From: Convolutriloba macropyga
Lineage: Eukaryota
Assembly (NCBI RefSeq): GCF_964194025.1
Contig: NC_134475.1
Span: 48,856,001 to 48,920,000, forward strand
DNA length: 64,000 bases
Direction: 5' to 3'
The translations under genes and the position numbers were made by a program. This document shows, piece by piece, positions 42,201 through 52,690 of the stretch (positions within the stretch are counted from its first letter, which is position 1; each line of letters opens with the position of its first letter). Under the pieces are notes generated by a model that ran no database searches, was not told the DNA's origin, and saw only the letters and a list, made by a program, of their open reading frames with translations.

Positions 42201-44472
42201 GATAATTTTTAAGAGCACAGATAAAAGATTAGAGATATGTTGACTTAAGTGGCGGAAGACGCAAGAGGGAATAGAGTCTGGACCTCCTGGCTTTGTTTCA
42301 TCAAGGCTGCGCAGAACCAATTCAATTTCGGCAAGCGTTTGGTAAAAGTTTGTAGAATGTCAACTGAACAGCTATTCATAAAAGATTCAATTTAAGCGGC
42401 GTCAAAATAGTCCATCGAAGGGAACACGAACTGAAGGTATTCATTCATTAAATTTACTTTGTCAAGATTTGTAACAGCGAATTTATCCTTGTGGCACAGT
42501 TTGGACGGCATTGATGATTCTGACTTGAAGTTTCAGAAGACCATGAAGAACTTGTTTGTATCTCGTGTATGACTCAATTTCTCTAGATAAGAAGTCATAC
42601 TCAAGAGCCAGAGTAAGCTTTCGTCCAACTTACTGCATTGAAAACTTGCGAGTCAGAGAGAAGAAAGTTGTGTTGCCTTTTTCTTGTCTCAAGGATCTTC
42701 ATAAGATGCAAACTTGACGAAGATAACCAAGGAGGCAGAGTTTGTCGATGAACAGTTCGTCTGCGAATGAATAGTTTGTCGTCGAACGAAATTGCCGATG
42801 GTATTGTTGATGTAGGCGTACCAATTATTTGTTGCTATATCTACGTTCGTGGAACAAACAGCTTCGAAGGAGTTGTCTCGAAAGAACTGTGCAATGTTGT
42901 GCAGTCTGCTCTGTTGAAAAAGTAAAAACACTAAGGCTGGTTTCGGTGTTGTGAGAGTCACCTCGAAAGAAAAAGCAATTGCACAATGATCAGATATGTT
43001 GTAAAAACTTAAACGCCGTGTGAGAGTTTAGGCTTCCGTGTAAGGTGCACAAGGGTTTACACCCATCATTGAGGGCTAGAGTTGACCACTTTCTGAATTG
43101 TGTTACAGCTGCCACAATTGCAGAGCAAGGTCCAAGATCAGGAGTTGACTTCAGAGTAACAATTTTCGAAGTAATTCCAGTAAACTTTTGTTAGATATTG
43201 TTTGTCAATCTGCTTTATTTCAATGTTAGCGCTTTTAATAATGATATTCAGTAGCTTGCTGGATCTAATCCAAAAATTCTCATCCGCTTTTTTGGTACGA
43301 GTTTTATCAATTGCTATGAGCTCGTTTTGTCGTGTATTTACTGCACATTCGTTTAATTTTATTGGCAAATTGATGTAATTGCCTCCCAACAAAGTTAAAA
43401 GCGTTAGTAAATCATGGAGTTTGAAGAAGTATGATAGCGGCAGAAGCTTGAGTTTTGCCATTCTACTTTTATAATTAATTTCCCAACTACTGAGAATCCA
43501 TGCCGTGGCTTTCTTTTGGATAAGTTCTTTTGGTATTAACATAAGACGACTGGGACAATAACATATACCTTGCAGAACACAAATACAAATAACAACCTCA
43601 GCAGATCCAAAGTTCACCAATTGCATATCGCAGAAATCATTCTCTTACCTAATCATTCTCTTACCATCAATCTCTTTTGTATTAGGTAAGAGAATGATTT
43701 CTGCGATATGCAATTGGTGAACTTTGGATCTGCTGAGGTTCTTATTTGTATTTGTGTTATGCAAGGTATATGTTACTGCCCCAGTCGTCTAATGTTAATA
43801 CCTATATTTCTACACAGATGGCATTCGCACATTACTTGCCTTGTGCATACGTTTCGTTCGTCATATCGTTCGATGAAAAATTTAGGGAAAAAAAAACAAA
43901 TTTTTTAATCAGTTCTTAAGACCCGCTGTTTTGTTTTGCGCGATCTAAATTTTTCTCATTCCCCTGGGGTTTAAAATAAAAGTGGAAAACGGATTACATC
44001 CTAATCCCAGCTAATTAGGGCTGAAATAGGGGTGAAACCTCCTCCCGGGTCGCAAGTGTCAGCAGCTGAACTCACGTGGCGGAAGTTCACTGCAAAAAGT
44101 CAAATGAAAAATGCGCCAAAATTGGTGTTAAACTATATTAGTGGTTAAAGTTGTATAAAATAACGCCTACTAACGTCATTTCAAGTCCCCTTAGTGAATG
44201 TCCCCTTACTCCCTCTCCGATTGAAGCCGGCTGCTACAGATTCGAGCTCCCACTAGTCTTTCTATAATTTTGAATTCTGGCAAAAAGTGGCTGAGATGCT
44301 CCAATACCCTTTCTGTTTATAGATCAGAGAGCAAAGTAAGGAGAACTTACTGAAGAATCAGCGCCCCTTCTCGTTCTACAGCAGATCGACCACCTCGTCC
44401 CTTGAGCCATCAGAGAACAGCACAAGCAGACACAACAGATGTCTGCAACCCATGGACGACATTTACTTGTAA
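24291..44472 (+). CDS. FAM161: FAM161-family (UPF0564) centriolar/ciliary microtubule-binding protein, multi-exon, probably 3'-incomplete
   Basis: Phase-consistent GT-AG exons 24291-24469, 27337-27488, 27888-28143, 32552-32591, (32622-32645), 33038-33195, 33847-33944, (33987-33995), 37940-38099, 38497-38610, 38671-38776, 44323-44468/44472. Encodes WSPKITIPQPFNMTIRE...DAELKVRIRPTDVPKSTTLPKFQRIMEEKQKR...SKENLLKNQRPFSF, matching the FAM161 motif series ITVPxPFxMxIRE / FRAxPVP...LPLY / LLASQKPF. Confidence 0.85.
26480..27012. repeat. Old degenerate foldback (palindromic MITE-like) element
   Basis: Arms pair around ~26745: CAGCTGTATTTGAGTCCCAC / GTGGGACTCGAAATACAGCTG, AGCCAATTTTC / GAAAATTGGCT, TCAACATAAT / ATTATGTTGA. 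Confidence 0.7.
27634..27749. repeat. ~57-bp tandem duplication
   Basis: TTCGCTGTGAGCTTGGTTTAGTTAATCTGTCATAA...AAAGAGC occurs twice. Confidence 0.9.
28658..30976 (+). mobile_element. Head-to-tail Helentron/HINE-like family 3 elements (28658-29122, 29123-30940) with 13-bp terminal tandem repeats
   Basis: 5' end TTAATTGCTCTCAA...; 3' end TTTGAGTGCAATT-CGC-CCGAC-GTTA-GTCGG-TTATGTT; (GTTAGTCGGTTAT)x4 at 30925-30976. Related pieces at 28173-28440, 34115-34330, 37262-37316 and 2230-2660. Confidence 0.65.
35890..36600 (-). CDS. LFG: Protein lifeguard (TMBIM / Bax inhibitor-1 family, LFG subfamily), 236 aa, single coding exon
   Basis: VRHGFIRKVYAILSVQL start of the domain, ~7 hydrophobic segments, FAFQTKIDFT, YLVIDTQMMIGG and SPEEYIFAAINLYLDIINIF (conserved di-aspartate). 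Intact ORF. Confidence 0.96.
   Translation of the reverse strand: MYDSETPLVDNSFGSFDETSVRHGFIRKVYAILSVQLLITLGFIALFVFSEPVKDYVADQAWMLIVAIILTFGLLIALVCVESLRRKTPINFILLGLFTICESFLLGVISSQYDTKIVLVAITVTAVVALSLTLFAFQTKIDFTVYSGLLFVLLICLLVFGIIAIIFPNDILTAVYGSLGALVFSAYLVIDTQMMIGGNHRYTISPEEYIFAAINLYLDIINIFLYILTILQVLNR
38832..38969 (+). mobile_element. Minimal (138-bp) HINE-like family 3 element
   Basis: TTAATTTCTCTCAAACAAAGTTTGAGAGCAATT ... TTTGCGAGCAATTTGCCCTACGCTAGTCGGTTATGTT: both termini in one short unit. Confidence 0.65.
39560..40260 (-). pseudogene. Decayed LINE ORF1 fragment (SGNH esterase-like) and start of ORF2
   Basis: RHLMVADSH...NVLSLRRG resembles SGNH block I/II of CR1/L2 ORF1. Confidence 0.35.
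40930..43010 (-). mobile_element. Decayed non-LTR retrotransposon (CR1/L2-type) ORF2
   Basis: RT motifs PGGPDSIP, DLAKAFDK..H.LLL..L, GVPQG, QKDILKFESW, KYLG; many stops and frameshifts; the YADD region appears deleted. Confidence 0.85.
43011..43531 (-). mobile_element. 3' end of a second CR1/L2-type LINE
   Basis: ELIQKKATAWIL...YKSRMAKLKLLPLSYFFKLHDL is a typical post-RT CR1/L2 tail. Confidence 0.7.
43532..43802. mobile_element. Palindromic (foldback) MITE, ~120-bp arms
   Basis: GGTATTAACAT...TCTCTTACCTAAT pairs with ATTAGGTAAGAGA...ATGTTAATACC. Explains the mirror-image ORFs 43138-43626(-) and 43708-43908(+). Confidence 0.85.
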
Positions 44473-44958
44473 TAAGAACGTGCTGACATATTCTAGCAGC
44501 TTCAATAAACCAATTTACTTTTATCATCAATTTTTCTTTTGTATAAGGTGACAAAACGATACACAATGAGTGTAAATTTCTTAATCAGTCCGCCCTAAAT
44601 TACACTCATTGCAAAGAGTGTAAAAAGAGTGCAGAAAACAGTGTAATCTTTTAAAAATTACACTCTTACATTGTTGTTGTTAATAGCAGCCCTCATCTTC
44701 TCAGCCGGCTATTATAGCGCTCCTATTTTTTTTTAATAGCCGCCCTCATCTTCTCAGCTTGCTATTATTGCGCTCCTATTTTTTTCTACTTCGAACTTTT
44801 TTCGCTTTACCATTTTGCCGCTTTTTCGACACTTTGCGTGAAATCTTTTTGACTTCTGTAGGCTAGTTTCTCTCTTCTCTCATTCTGCTAAAAGTGAATT
44901 TGAACATCAGTTGCTCAGCAAAGCAATTCAAAATGAACAGAGTCAATATAAAAAAATG

Positions 44959-45078
44959 GGGTCCTTCCCATTATAGCCCCCCATGAAATTATAGCCCCCC
45001 ATTATGGTATAATTACCATGTTTGGGGGGCTATAGGTTATCTGACCACTAAGCTGGGGGGCTATAATGGGAAAGACCC
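44959..45078. mobile_element. 120-bp MITE, GG-initiated TIRs, 8-bp TSD (Merlin-like)
   Basis: TIR GGGTC(C/T)TTCCCATTATAGCCCCCC; TSD AAAAA(A/T)TG; absent from other family-1 copies; relative at ~40818-40900. Confidence 0.75.
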
Positions 45079-45355
45079 AAAAATTGAAGTCAGAAATAGA
45101 AACGGGATAAACCCATAAAGCCCAATTTTAGATGCCCGCTATTTGAACGTCGTTCCTATAAGTCTTAGTTACCATCTCTTATGCTTATTGGTGTTGATAG
45201 TAGCCCCTGTAGCCTCTCTCTAAGAAACAGAAGTATGTTCAACTACGAAATGCCATCAAAATAAATACGACTTCAAAAACTTTTTTGTAAAAATATTTTT
45301 TTTCCAATATCTTCTATTCGTTCAATCCCAATCATGCTTATTGGAATCAACGGCG

Positions 45356-45543
45356 GGATCTTTTCCGTTTGTGCCCCCCCCCCCCCCCCCAGCTTAGTGG
45401 GCGCATATTATTTCCACCCCCCCCCCCCCCCCAGACGCACGTGCAATAATTTTACATAACGATTTACTACGTAATGACACGTGCTCTGTAACTGGGGGGC
45501 GCATAACGTACTGGCGGGGGGGGGGCACAAACGGAAAAGATCC
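45356..45543. mobile_element. 188-bp MITE, GG-initiated TIRs, 8-bp TSD (Merlin-like)
   Basis: TIR GGATCTTTTCCGTTTGTGCCCCCC; perfect TSD CAACGGCG (45348-45355, 45544-45551). Confidence 0.8.
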
Positions 45544-46509
45544 CAACGGCGGCTATTTTCCGGTAATCTGCCGGGTATGTTTGTGATTTTTTTACTTCGT
45601 CGAATACAAAAATGTTTCGCTTTACCTCATTTTGCCGCTTTTTCAACATTTTGCGCTAAATCTTTTCGACTTCTCTAGGCTAGTTTCTCTCTTCTCTCAT
45701 TCTGTTAAAAGTGATTTTCAACATCAGTTGCTCAGCAAAGCAATTCAAAATGAACAGAGTCAGTATAAAAAATTGAAGTCAGAAGTAGAAACGGGATAAA
45801 CCCATAAAGCCCAACTTTAGATGCCCGGTTTTTGAACTTCGTTCCTATAAGTCTTAGTTACCATCTCTATTGCTTATTGGTATTGATAGTAGCCTCTGTA
45901 GCCTCTCTCTAAGAAACAGAAGTACGTTATGTTCAACTACGAAATGCCATCAAAATAAATCGGATCTAAAAAATGTTTTTGTACAAAATTTTTTTTTTCA
46001 ATATCTATTCTTGCAATCCCAATCATGCTTATTGGATTCAACGGCGGCTATTTTCCGGCAATCTGCCGGGTATGTTTGTTGTTGCTGGGAATTTTCATGT
46101 TGTCCTGAGTGGATTTTTCCCTGTTGATGGATTAAAATCTTGACTACTGATCTCGGCACAGGTGGCAATCACATGCCAGCTGCTAAGAACACACGTTACA
46201 AAGTCTTTCCCTCGATCAATAGGAGTGGAATACGCGAATCCTGATCCCCTCTAGTTAAGGTTGGATTAAGGGTTAAACCCCGACCCGGTAACGCTAATTT
46301 TTTGACGTAGCATGGACAAAAGATTTCGTCTAGAAGAGAAGTTGATTTGTGGTCATGGAAAATTATTTTTTGAGTACGTTCGTTGATGGATTATCTTGCA
46401 CTTGGTAAAATCAGGATCGTATTGAATGCAGTTTTTTATCGCCTGATATATTTCCTGGGATAAAAGATATAAAGTTGCACATGGTATCACATGGCAATTG
46501 CACATGGCA

Positions 46510-47492
46510 TGTTTTGCAAATGGCATTTTTTGCACATGGTATCAAAAACCATCAGATACTGGAACAATTCTGAACTATCGTAGCTGTGCACCCCTACAAT
46601 ATAAGAAAAGCATAATAACGGAAACAATACACCGCCTATTCCGAGCCACCAGCAATTGGGAAGCGTTCCATGAAGCATTGACAAAAAAAAAGAAGAAATT
46701 TGGGAACGCAATCAATATCCTAGGGATTGGGTAGGGAATATATACGTACAACCGGAGGGGACAATTTTTTGCACATGGTATCAAAAACCATTAGATACTG
46801 GAACAATACTGAGCTATCGTAGCTGTGCGGCCCTTCAAAATAAGAAAGTCATAATACAGGGAAGAATACGCCGCCTGTTCCGAGCCACCAGCAATTGGGA
46901 AGCGTTCCAAGAAGCATTGAAAAAAAATGGAAGAAAATAAAGAAATTTGGGATCGTAATCAATATCTTAGGCAATGGGGAGGAAAAAATGTAAAGAATAC
47001 AATTAACCAGCTACGAAAGAAAGAACAAAGAAAAAGATATAACGCGGTTGTAGCCGTAAAACGACAAAAATAACTTAGAAACTACAATTTGTATTACAGT
47101 ACAGCGGCAACATCTCTAATGAATCAAAATTCATCTAGTTTCGAAAATTTTCACCACTCGGAAACTTATTAGCTGTTTACCTAGCTTCAAGTCTAGCTTT
47201 GATAAGGATCTCAAATCCCACGTGGTTTATGAATTCACTTGTAATGGATGCAAATCCATCTATGTGGGGCAGGCATGCCGACATATTACCACAAGGGTTG
47301 CAGGAATCACCGATGGGCGTACATGCAATCGAGTGCAACGGTGAAAAAACAGCTTTCCAGTGGAAGATATTAGACCAATGCAGCAACCAATCTAAGTTAC
47401 TGACACTAGAGGCGCTCTATATAAGAACAATGAAACCAGCCATCAACACGCGCGACGAACACCGAACACAAGAATTGACACTGAAAGCTTAA
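46510..47492 (+). mobile_element. Penelope-like element fragment (RT thumb + GIY-YIG endonuclease), with internal ~240-bp duplication
   Basis: WYQKPSDTGTILNYRSCAPLQYKKSI...IHRLFRATSNW (present twice) and C-terminal FQWKILDQCSNQSKLLTLEALYIRTMKPAINTRDE. Confidence 0.85.
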
Positions 47493-47869
47493 TTTGGAGA
47501 TAAAAATCCAACTTGAAAGACACGTTAAGAAACAAAAATTTCAACTTTACAATTGAACAAAACCAAAGTAAGTTTAAAGCAATATATGTAGGTTTTTTAA
47601 TAAAAAACATGTCGATATGCATCTGCTACATCAATTCGAAAATGTATTTTCACTCAGATGTAAATGTTTTGTAGATACGTTTGTAGATATGAAATATGGA
47701 TTGTTGAGATATGGATGGATGGTCGTCAATTTGCTCTTGCTGAAATATGGATTGTATTGAATGCAGTTTTTTATCGCCTGATATATTTTCTGGGATGAAA
47801 TATAGAAAGTTGATCATTTTCTGTTTAATAGCTATATAAAATAAAAAGACTATATAAAAATTCTAAATT

Positions 47870-47907
47870 ACTCGAACGTTTTCGCAATAAATTGCATCGT
47901 CAGGAGT
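47870..47907 (-). ncRNA. Minimal type I hammerhead ribozyme
   Basis: Minus strand: ACUC CUGACGA U GCAA-UUUA-UUGC GAAA ACGU UC GAGU. Intact core, helix I ACUC/GAGU, palindromic AACGUU helix III. Confidence 0.8.
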
Positions 47908-48490
47908 TTAAAACTTGTTAATTAAAAATTTACAAATATGCATATATACAGCAGCGTGTCATGATTATCTGTTTGCTTTTCCTAATTTTTCTGAAATTCC
48001 AACAGGTTTCAAACTGAAATTTAATAAAATAGAGCAATATATGTAGGTTTTTTAATAAAAAACATGTCGATATGCATCTGCTACATCAAGTCAAAATTGT
48101 ATTTTAACTCAGATGTAAATGTTTTGTAGATACGATTGTAGATATGAAAAACTTCGTTTTAAATTTCCTTGAATGATTGATTTCGGTGATTTGCATTTTA
48201 ATTTCTGGCTTTCCATTTTAGCATTTTGTATTGTTTATAACCTGACGATTAACTCAGTGTTCAAAAACGTTCGTATGAAAGTTTTAAATTGACAATCTTT
48301 TTTTAAATCATATATAAAGTTGATCATTTTCTGTTCATTATGATTTGAAATATGGTTCAATAAGATTTGTTTGACTGATTTGAAACATTTTTTGTTTGAA
48401 GTATATTTAACCGTATGGTTATAATTTTAATTTACTTATTGCAAAATAATAGCTATAAAGAGTAAAAAGACTATATAAAAATGTTAAATT

Positions 48491-48528
48491 ACTCGAACAT
48501 TTTCGCAATAAATTGCGTCGTCAGGAGT
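48491..48528 (-). ncRNA. Minimal type I hammerhead ribozyme (second copy)
   Basis: Minus strand: ACUC CUGACGA C GCAA-UUUA-UUGC GAAA AUGU UC GAGU; 621 nt from the first copy, inside a direct repeat. Confidence 0.78.
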
Positions 48529-48794
48529 TTAAAACTTGTTAATTAAAAATTTACAAATATGCATATATACAGCAGCGTGTCTTGATTATCTATTTCCTTT
48601 TCCTAATTTTTTCAAAATTCCAACAGGTTTCAACCTGAAAGTTTAATAAAATGTTTATAAAACTCTTAAAACTTTTAACTTGACACTTTTTCTGTATGAG
48701 TTTTGATTTTTAGATTTTCGTTTTGATTAGCAATATAACGTTGCTCACATGGCAATTCGAATTTTTTTTTGGCAGAACAAGCTTTGTGCACATA

Positions 48795-49140
48795 ATATTT
48801 CAGTGTTAGTTCCCTGCTTCTGTATTCAACCCACGTATTCAGTTGTGGCTTGCGTCTACTAATGTGTAGAGCTTCTGTGGTCAAATTTTTTGGTATCTTG
48901 GCACTGATCAATCACCTTAATTAAGGGCTGCTGGAGCCCCACCGCGATCAACAATATGTTGTCCCACCGGTGAATCGGTCTTTTGATGCTCAGAAGCTCT
49001 CGTGGCCAAATGTGGACATGTTTGCCCGACATAGGTGCATCCACAATACTTGAGTTCGTAGAGCACATGAGACTTCAGATTGCTATCAAAACTAGGTTTC
49101 ATGGACGCTGGGCATGTACATAATGTTCCCGTAGTGAAAT
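48795..49140 (-). mobile_element. Penelope-like element GIY-YIG fragment
   Basis: SHVLYELKYCGCTYVGQTCPHLATRASEHQKTDSPVGQH and EALHISRRKPQLNT. Confidence 0.85.
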
Positions 49141-49364
49141 CGGTTGTTAATTCGCACGTCCCGAAAATCGCTGTGACAATTTTTTTAATCTTAGCGCCGT
49201 GACGATTTGCAATTTGAGTGGAAGAACATTTTTTTGAGACCCCAGTTCAGGTGCTTTTCTAGAGAAGTTATCATAGTTTTCAAATGTTTTGAAAAAAAAG
49301 AGCGCAATAATTGCGATATGACAAAACAATTGAATGAAGTAAAGTTTCTAAACTTGATGAATTT

Positions 49365-52300
49365 CTAAGCTTGAGGGAATTGGGTTCCAATTGAGTCTAT
49401 GGTTTTTAACGCCTGAGTCATCTTCTTTATCGTTTGTTTAACAAGACTCGTGAAACTGAGACTGCTATCAATTGTTAGTCCTAAATTTTTACACTCATTA
49501 GAATTTTTGGTTAGTTTGTTATCTAACAATATTGTGTCCTGGGTTTCGTTTCTTTGATCATTTGGTTTGCTAAAACGAACGAACTCTGGTTTCGAAGCAT
49601 TCAAATTTAATTGATGTTTTCTGAAATAATTTGCTAAATAATGTATGTTTAATTCCAGGGACTCTTTTGCTATCTTTTCATCCTTTTTTAGAAGCAAACA
49701 ATAGGCAACCATCAGCATACTGTATCATTGTTACAGAAGTATCAATAGCTGTACAAAGATCGTTTCATATAAATTGAACAAGAGAAGTCATAAACCAGTT
49801 TCCTTGGGGTACACGTCTGAAAACCTTTATCCAGTTGAAGTAAACAGATTCTAACTTTACACGTTGAAGACTGGCAGAAGAAAGCTCTTTATAGGGTTCT
49901 CTGCGTCGCTATCAGAGCCAATTTTTTAGATTTTTATTAAAATATCTTTGGATATGGAACCAAATGTTTTAGAGAGATCCAAAAGTGCAGCATGGACAAT
50001 TTAGTTTGAGTCAATACTTTTCCACACTGATTCTATGAAACATAAAAAGGCACAGGCAATAGAAACACGTTTTTGAAAACCAAATTGAAGCGGATCCTTA
50101 AGTTCAGATTTTTGTACGCGATTCGTTGATTTTTGGTGTAGGATATGCTCAAAAATTTTTGAAAGTGCGCTTGTGGTTGATATTGGACGGTAGTTGGTTG
50201 CATCCATCCGTTCACGTTTTTTGTAGACGGGGATGAATTATGCTTTTTTAGTGCAGTCTGGGAAAATATTTTGTTAATTGCATTCCCTAAGAATGTAAGT
50301 AGGATGTGTACAATTACTGTTTGACCGTCTTTTCCAGCTCAGGCAGGAACCGTAAAAGGAACTATTTGCTTGTTGGGACTCAACTCCCTGACAACATCAT
50401 GAACTATTGTTTCTGTAACAAAAAGAAAACTGAGTGGTCTAGCATCTTTGCTTAACTTATTGTCGTGGGTGTATCGTTTTACATTCTTGTCCCTAAAAAG
50501 TTACCAAGGTTAAAAATAGTTTAGTTTAGAAAGTCCGCTATTTCAAATTTGTTAGTTAGTAATCTTTAAACTAATCAAATTTTGCAACTCAGTTAATGTA
50601 GTGAAATTATTTTCTTTCTCTCCAATTGAATTAAATAAATTCCAGAGTTTCTTCTCAATTTCCAGAAATTCAAAACAATGTCATGAATAATCTGTCAGCA
50701 AGTTCAAGTGTTTGCAATGTCAAATTAATTTTTTTGTAAATGAAGTGCTAAGTTTCGAGTGCAATGCCATCAATTGATATCAATATATTAAACATTACGA
50801 AATCATCCTTGCATTGATAAATGAAATGCCACGGCCAAAATGACAAGGTTTTAACGAAATCATATGCATTGTACTAATTCTTGTCGAAACAGTACACACT
50901 TTTCTCATTGCATTTCATGAATTTGATATCGGTTACAATAAGAGATGCCAAATGATCTGATTTGAATGGCGTATCAAAACTATAATGCTTTTTTTCTTCT
51001 ATACTTTTGGTCAAAATGTAATCAAAAAGTATTTTTGAATTTTGTGCTAGTCTTGTGGTTTCATGAACGTCAACAATTTGTAAATCATATGGTGATATGA
51101 TGCTTTCCAGTTTTTTGTCACTTTCAATTAAACAATTGAGGTTGAAGTGACCCAGTACATGTAAAGTAATGCATTGTCCAAAAGCGTAGTCTAAATTGCA
51201 TGACAATTTGCCTAAAAAATTTTCTTGCTGTTGTTTCCTGGGATTGTACGTTAGCTTGATAATAATTTTCCTGAATTTTTTCGAAAAACTTTTTTTACAT
51301 TCAACCTAAACTGACTCATACACATTTTCGTCAAACATCATTAAATCAGGTTGTTTTGATGCGAGTCTATATTGGAACATATAGGGCTACACCTCCACGT
51401 TCCAAATCTTAGAGCAAACATTTGCAATTAAACAAGTTCCACTAATATCAATAATTTTGTTTTTCCCAAAATCCAGGAGGAGACAATATAATGAGATTGT
51501 TTTTCTAAAAACACTTTGCGCATTCAAGTCGAAAATTTTAATGTTTCTATAAAGTTTTTTGTTATCGCTAAAATAGATTCATAAGAAACTTTTGGTCATG
51601 ATTTTGACTCCACGCCACCACATACCAAAAAAGAATTCCAACAATTTTTGCCTGAGTCAACTTGGGTTGATTCCCGATAACCCTTGACACTACACGCACA
51701 AATAATTATATTTTTTGCACTGCAGTTATGGTAATATACAAAAGTATCAAGCATGCTGCTCAGAAAAAAAAAACTTTCTCCAAAAGGTACGTTATTAGAA
51801 ATGTAATTTTTAGGAAAATGAAATACGTCCCTTTGGCTTGGGCCTGGTGTTTGTCGACTCTGTTTCGGTAGAATTGATATAGCACAGTCGCCGTTTTCAG
51901 TGGGATGGAGGCCATCTGTGTGAACATAGTCAAGATTGTTTTGAAAATTGGCATTCAAGTCAATCAAACTAAGCTTTGTGTGCTATAGGTCCCCCACTTT
52001 TGAAACTAAGCTTCTTAGTTGCTTGTTGAATTTATTGACACTAACATTTCCCTTTTTTCCACAGGCTCCAAGCGGTATTAGAGTGCAGATTGATGAAATC
52101 TCTGGTATGAATTTGTAAGCGAATGTATTTATAAGCTTTTTGTATGCCGTAATTGATTCTTTAATGTCGAATGCAACTTTTTGACAATCATTGATTCCAA
52201 TTAGAATTGTAACTTCTTTCCCTTTTTTGCTCTGGTGTTTGCAGCTCTCTCCAGTTCTCCTGAGATCTTATGACCCCCAAAGCCGCTTGCTAACACATTT

Positions 52301-52690
52301 GGTCCAATTTGCCTCCCGTCTGTTTTGTTGGTGATTTTATCTTTGATTATTAATGCCTCTGTTGTGCCGTTCTTTGGGATAGCTAAGTGTCGTATATAGG
52401 CATGAATTGTGCTGACAATTTGTGTTCGGGTCACTTTTTGATGAGTCTTTGAATTGATCTGCGTATGTTGTCAGTTGTCCGCTGGGTGTTGCAATTCTGG
52501 TCTGAATTGGAACTCAGAGTTGGAACTAGGCGACGAGTTTTCCATTGCTTCTTTTGATGCCTCTTTGACATTAACACAACTATTCTCTAATTTTTTGTCG
52601 AAGATTGACATGATCTTTTTGAAGTTATGAGTTAGGGCTCTAGGTTTTCTTTAGCTACAGGCATTAGTTTTGGAGCTCCACTTCAGTCTG
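49365..52690 (-). mobile_element. Decayed LINE (CR1/L2 group): ORF1 coiled coil + SGNH esterase, ORF2 APE-RT
   Basis: ORF1 YVHTDGLHP; APE (VLGHFNLN, FDYIL, SDH); RT (NYRPISTTSALSKIFE, QFGF, YADGCLLF, LNASK, KNLGLTIDSSLSF). Confidence 0.85.

Larger units (their letters stand above)
44680..46077 (+). mobile_element. Two tandem HINE-like family 1 copies (opposite orientation to the 13.3-16.8 kb array)
   Basis: Starts TTAATAGCCGCCCTCATCTTCTCAGCCGGCTATT (5' end doubled); ends GGCGGCTATTTTCCGGCAATCTGCCGGGTATGTTT at ~45582 and 46077. Confidence 0.8.
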
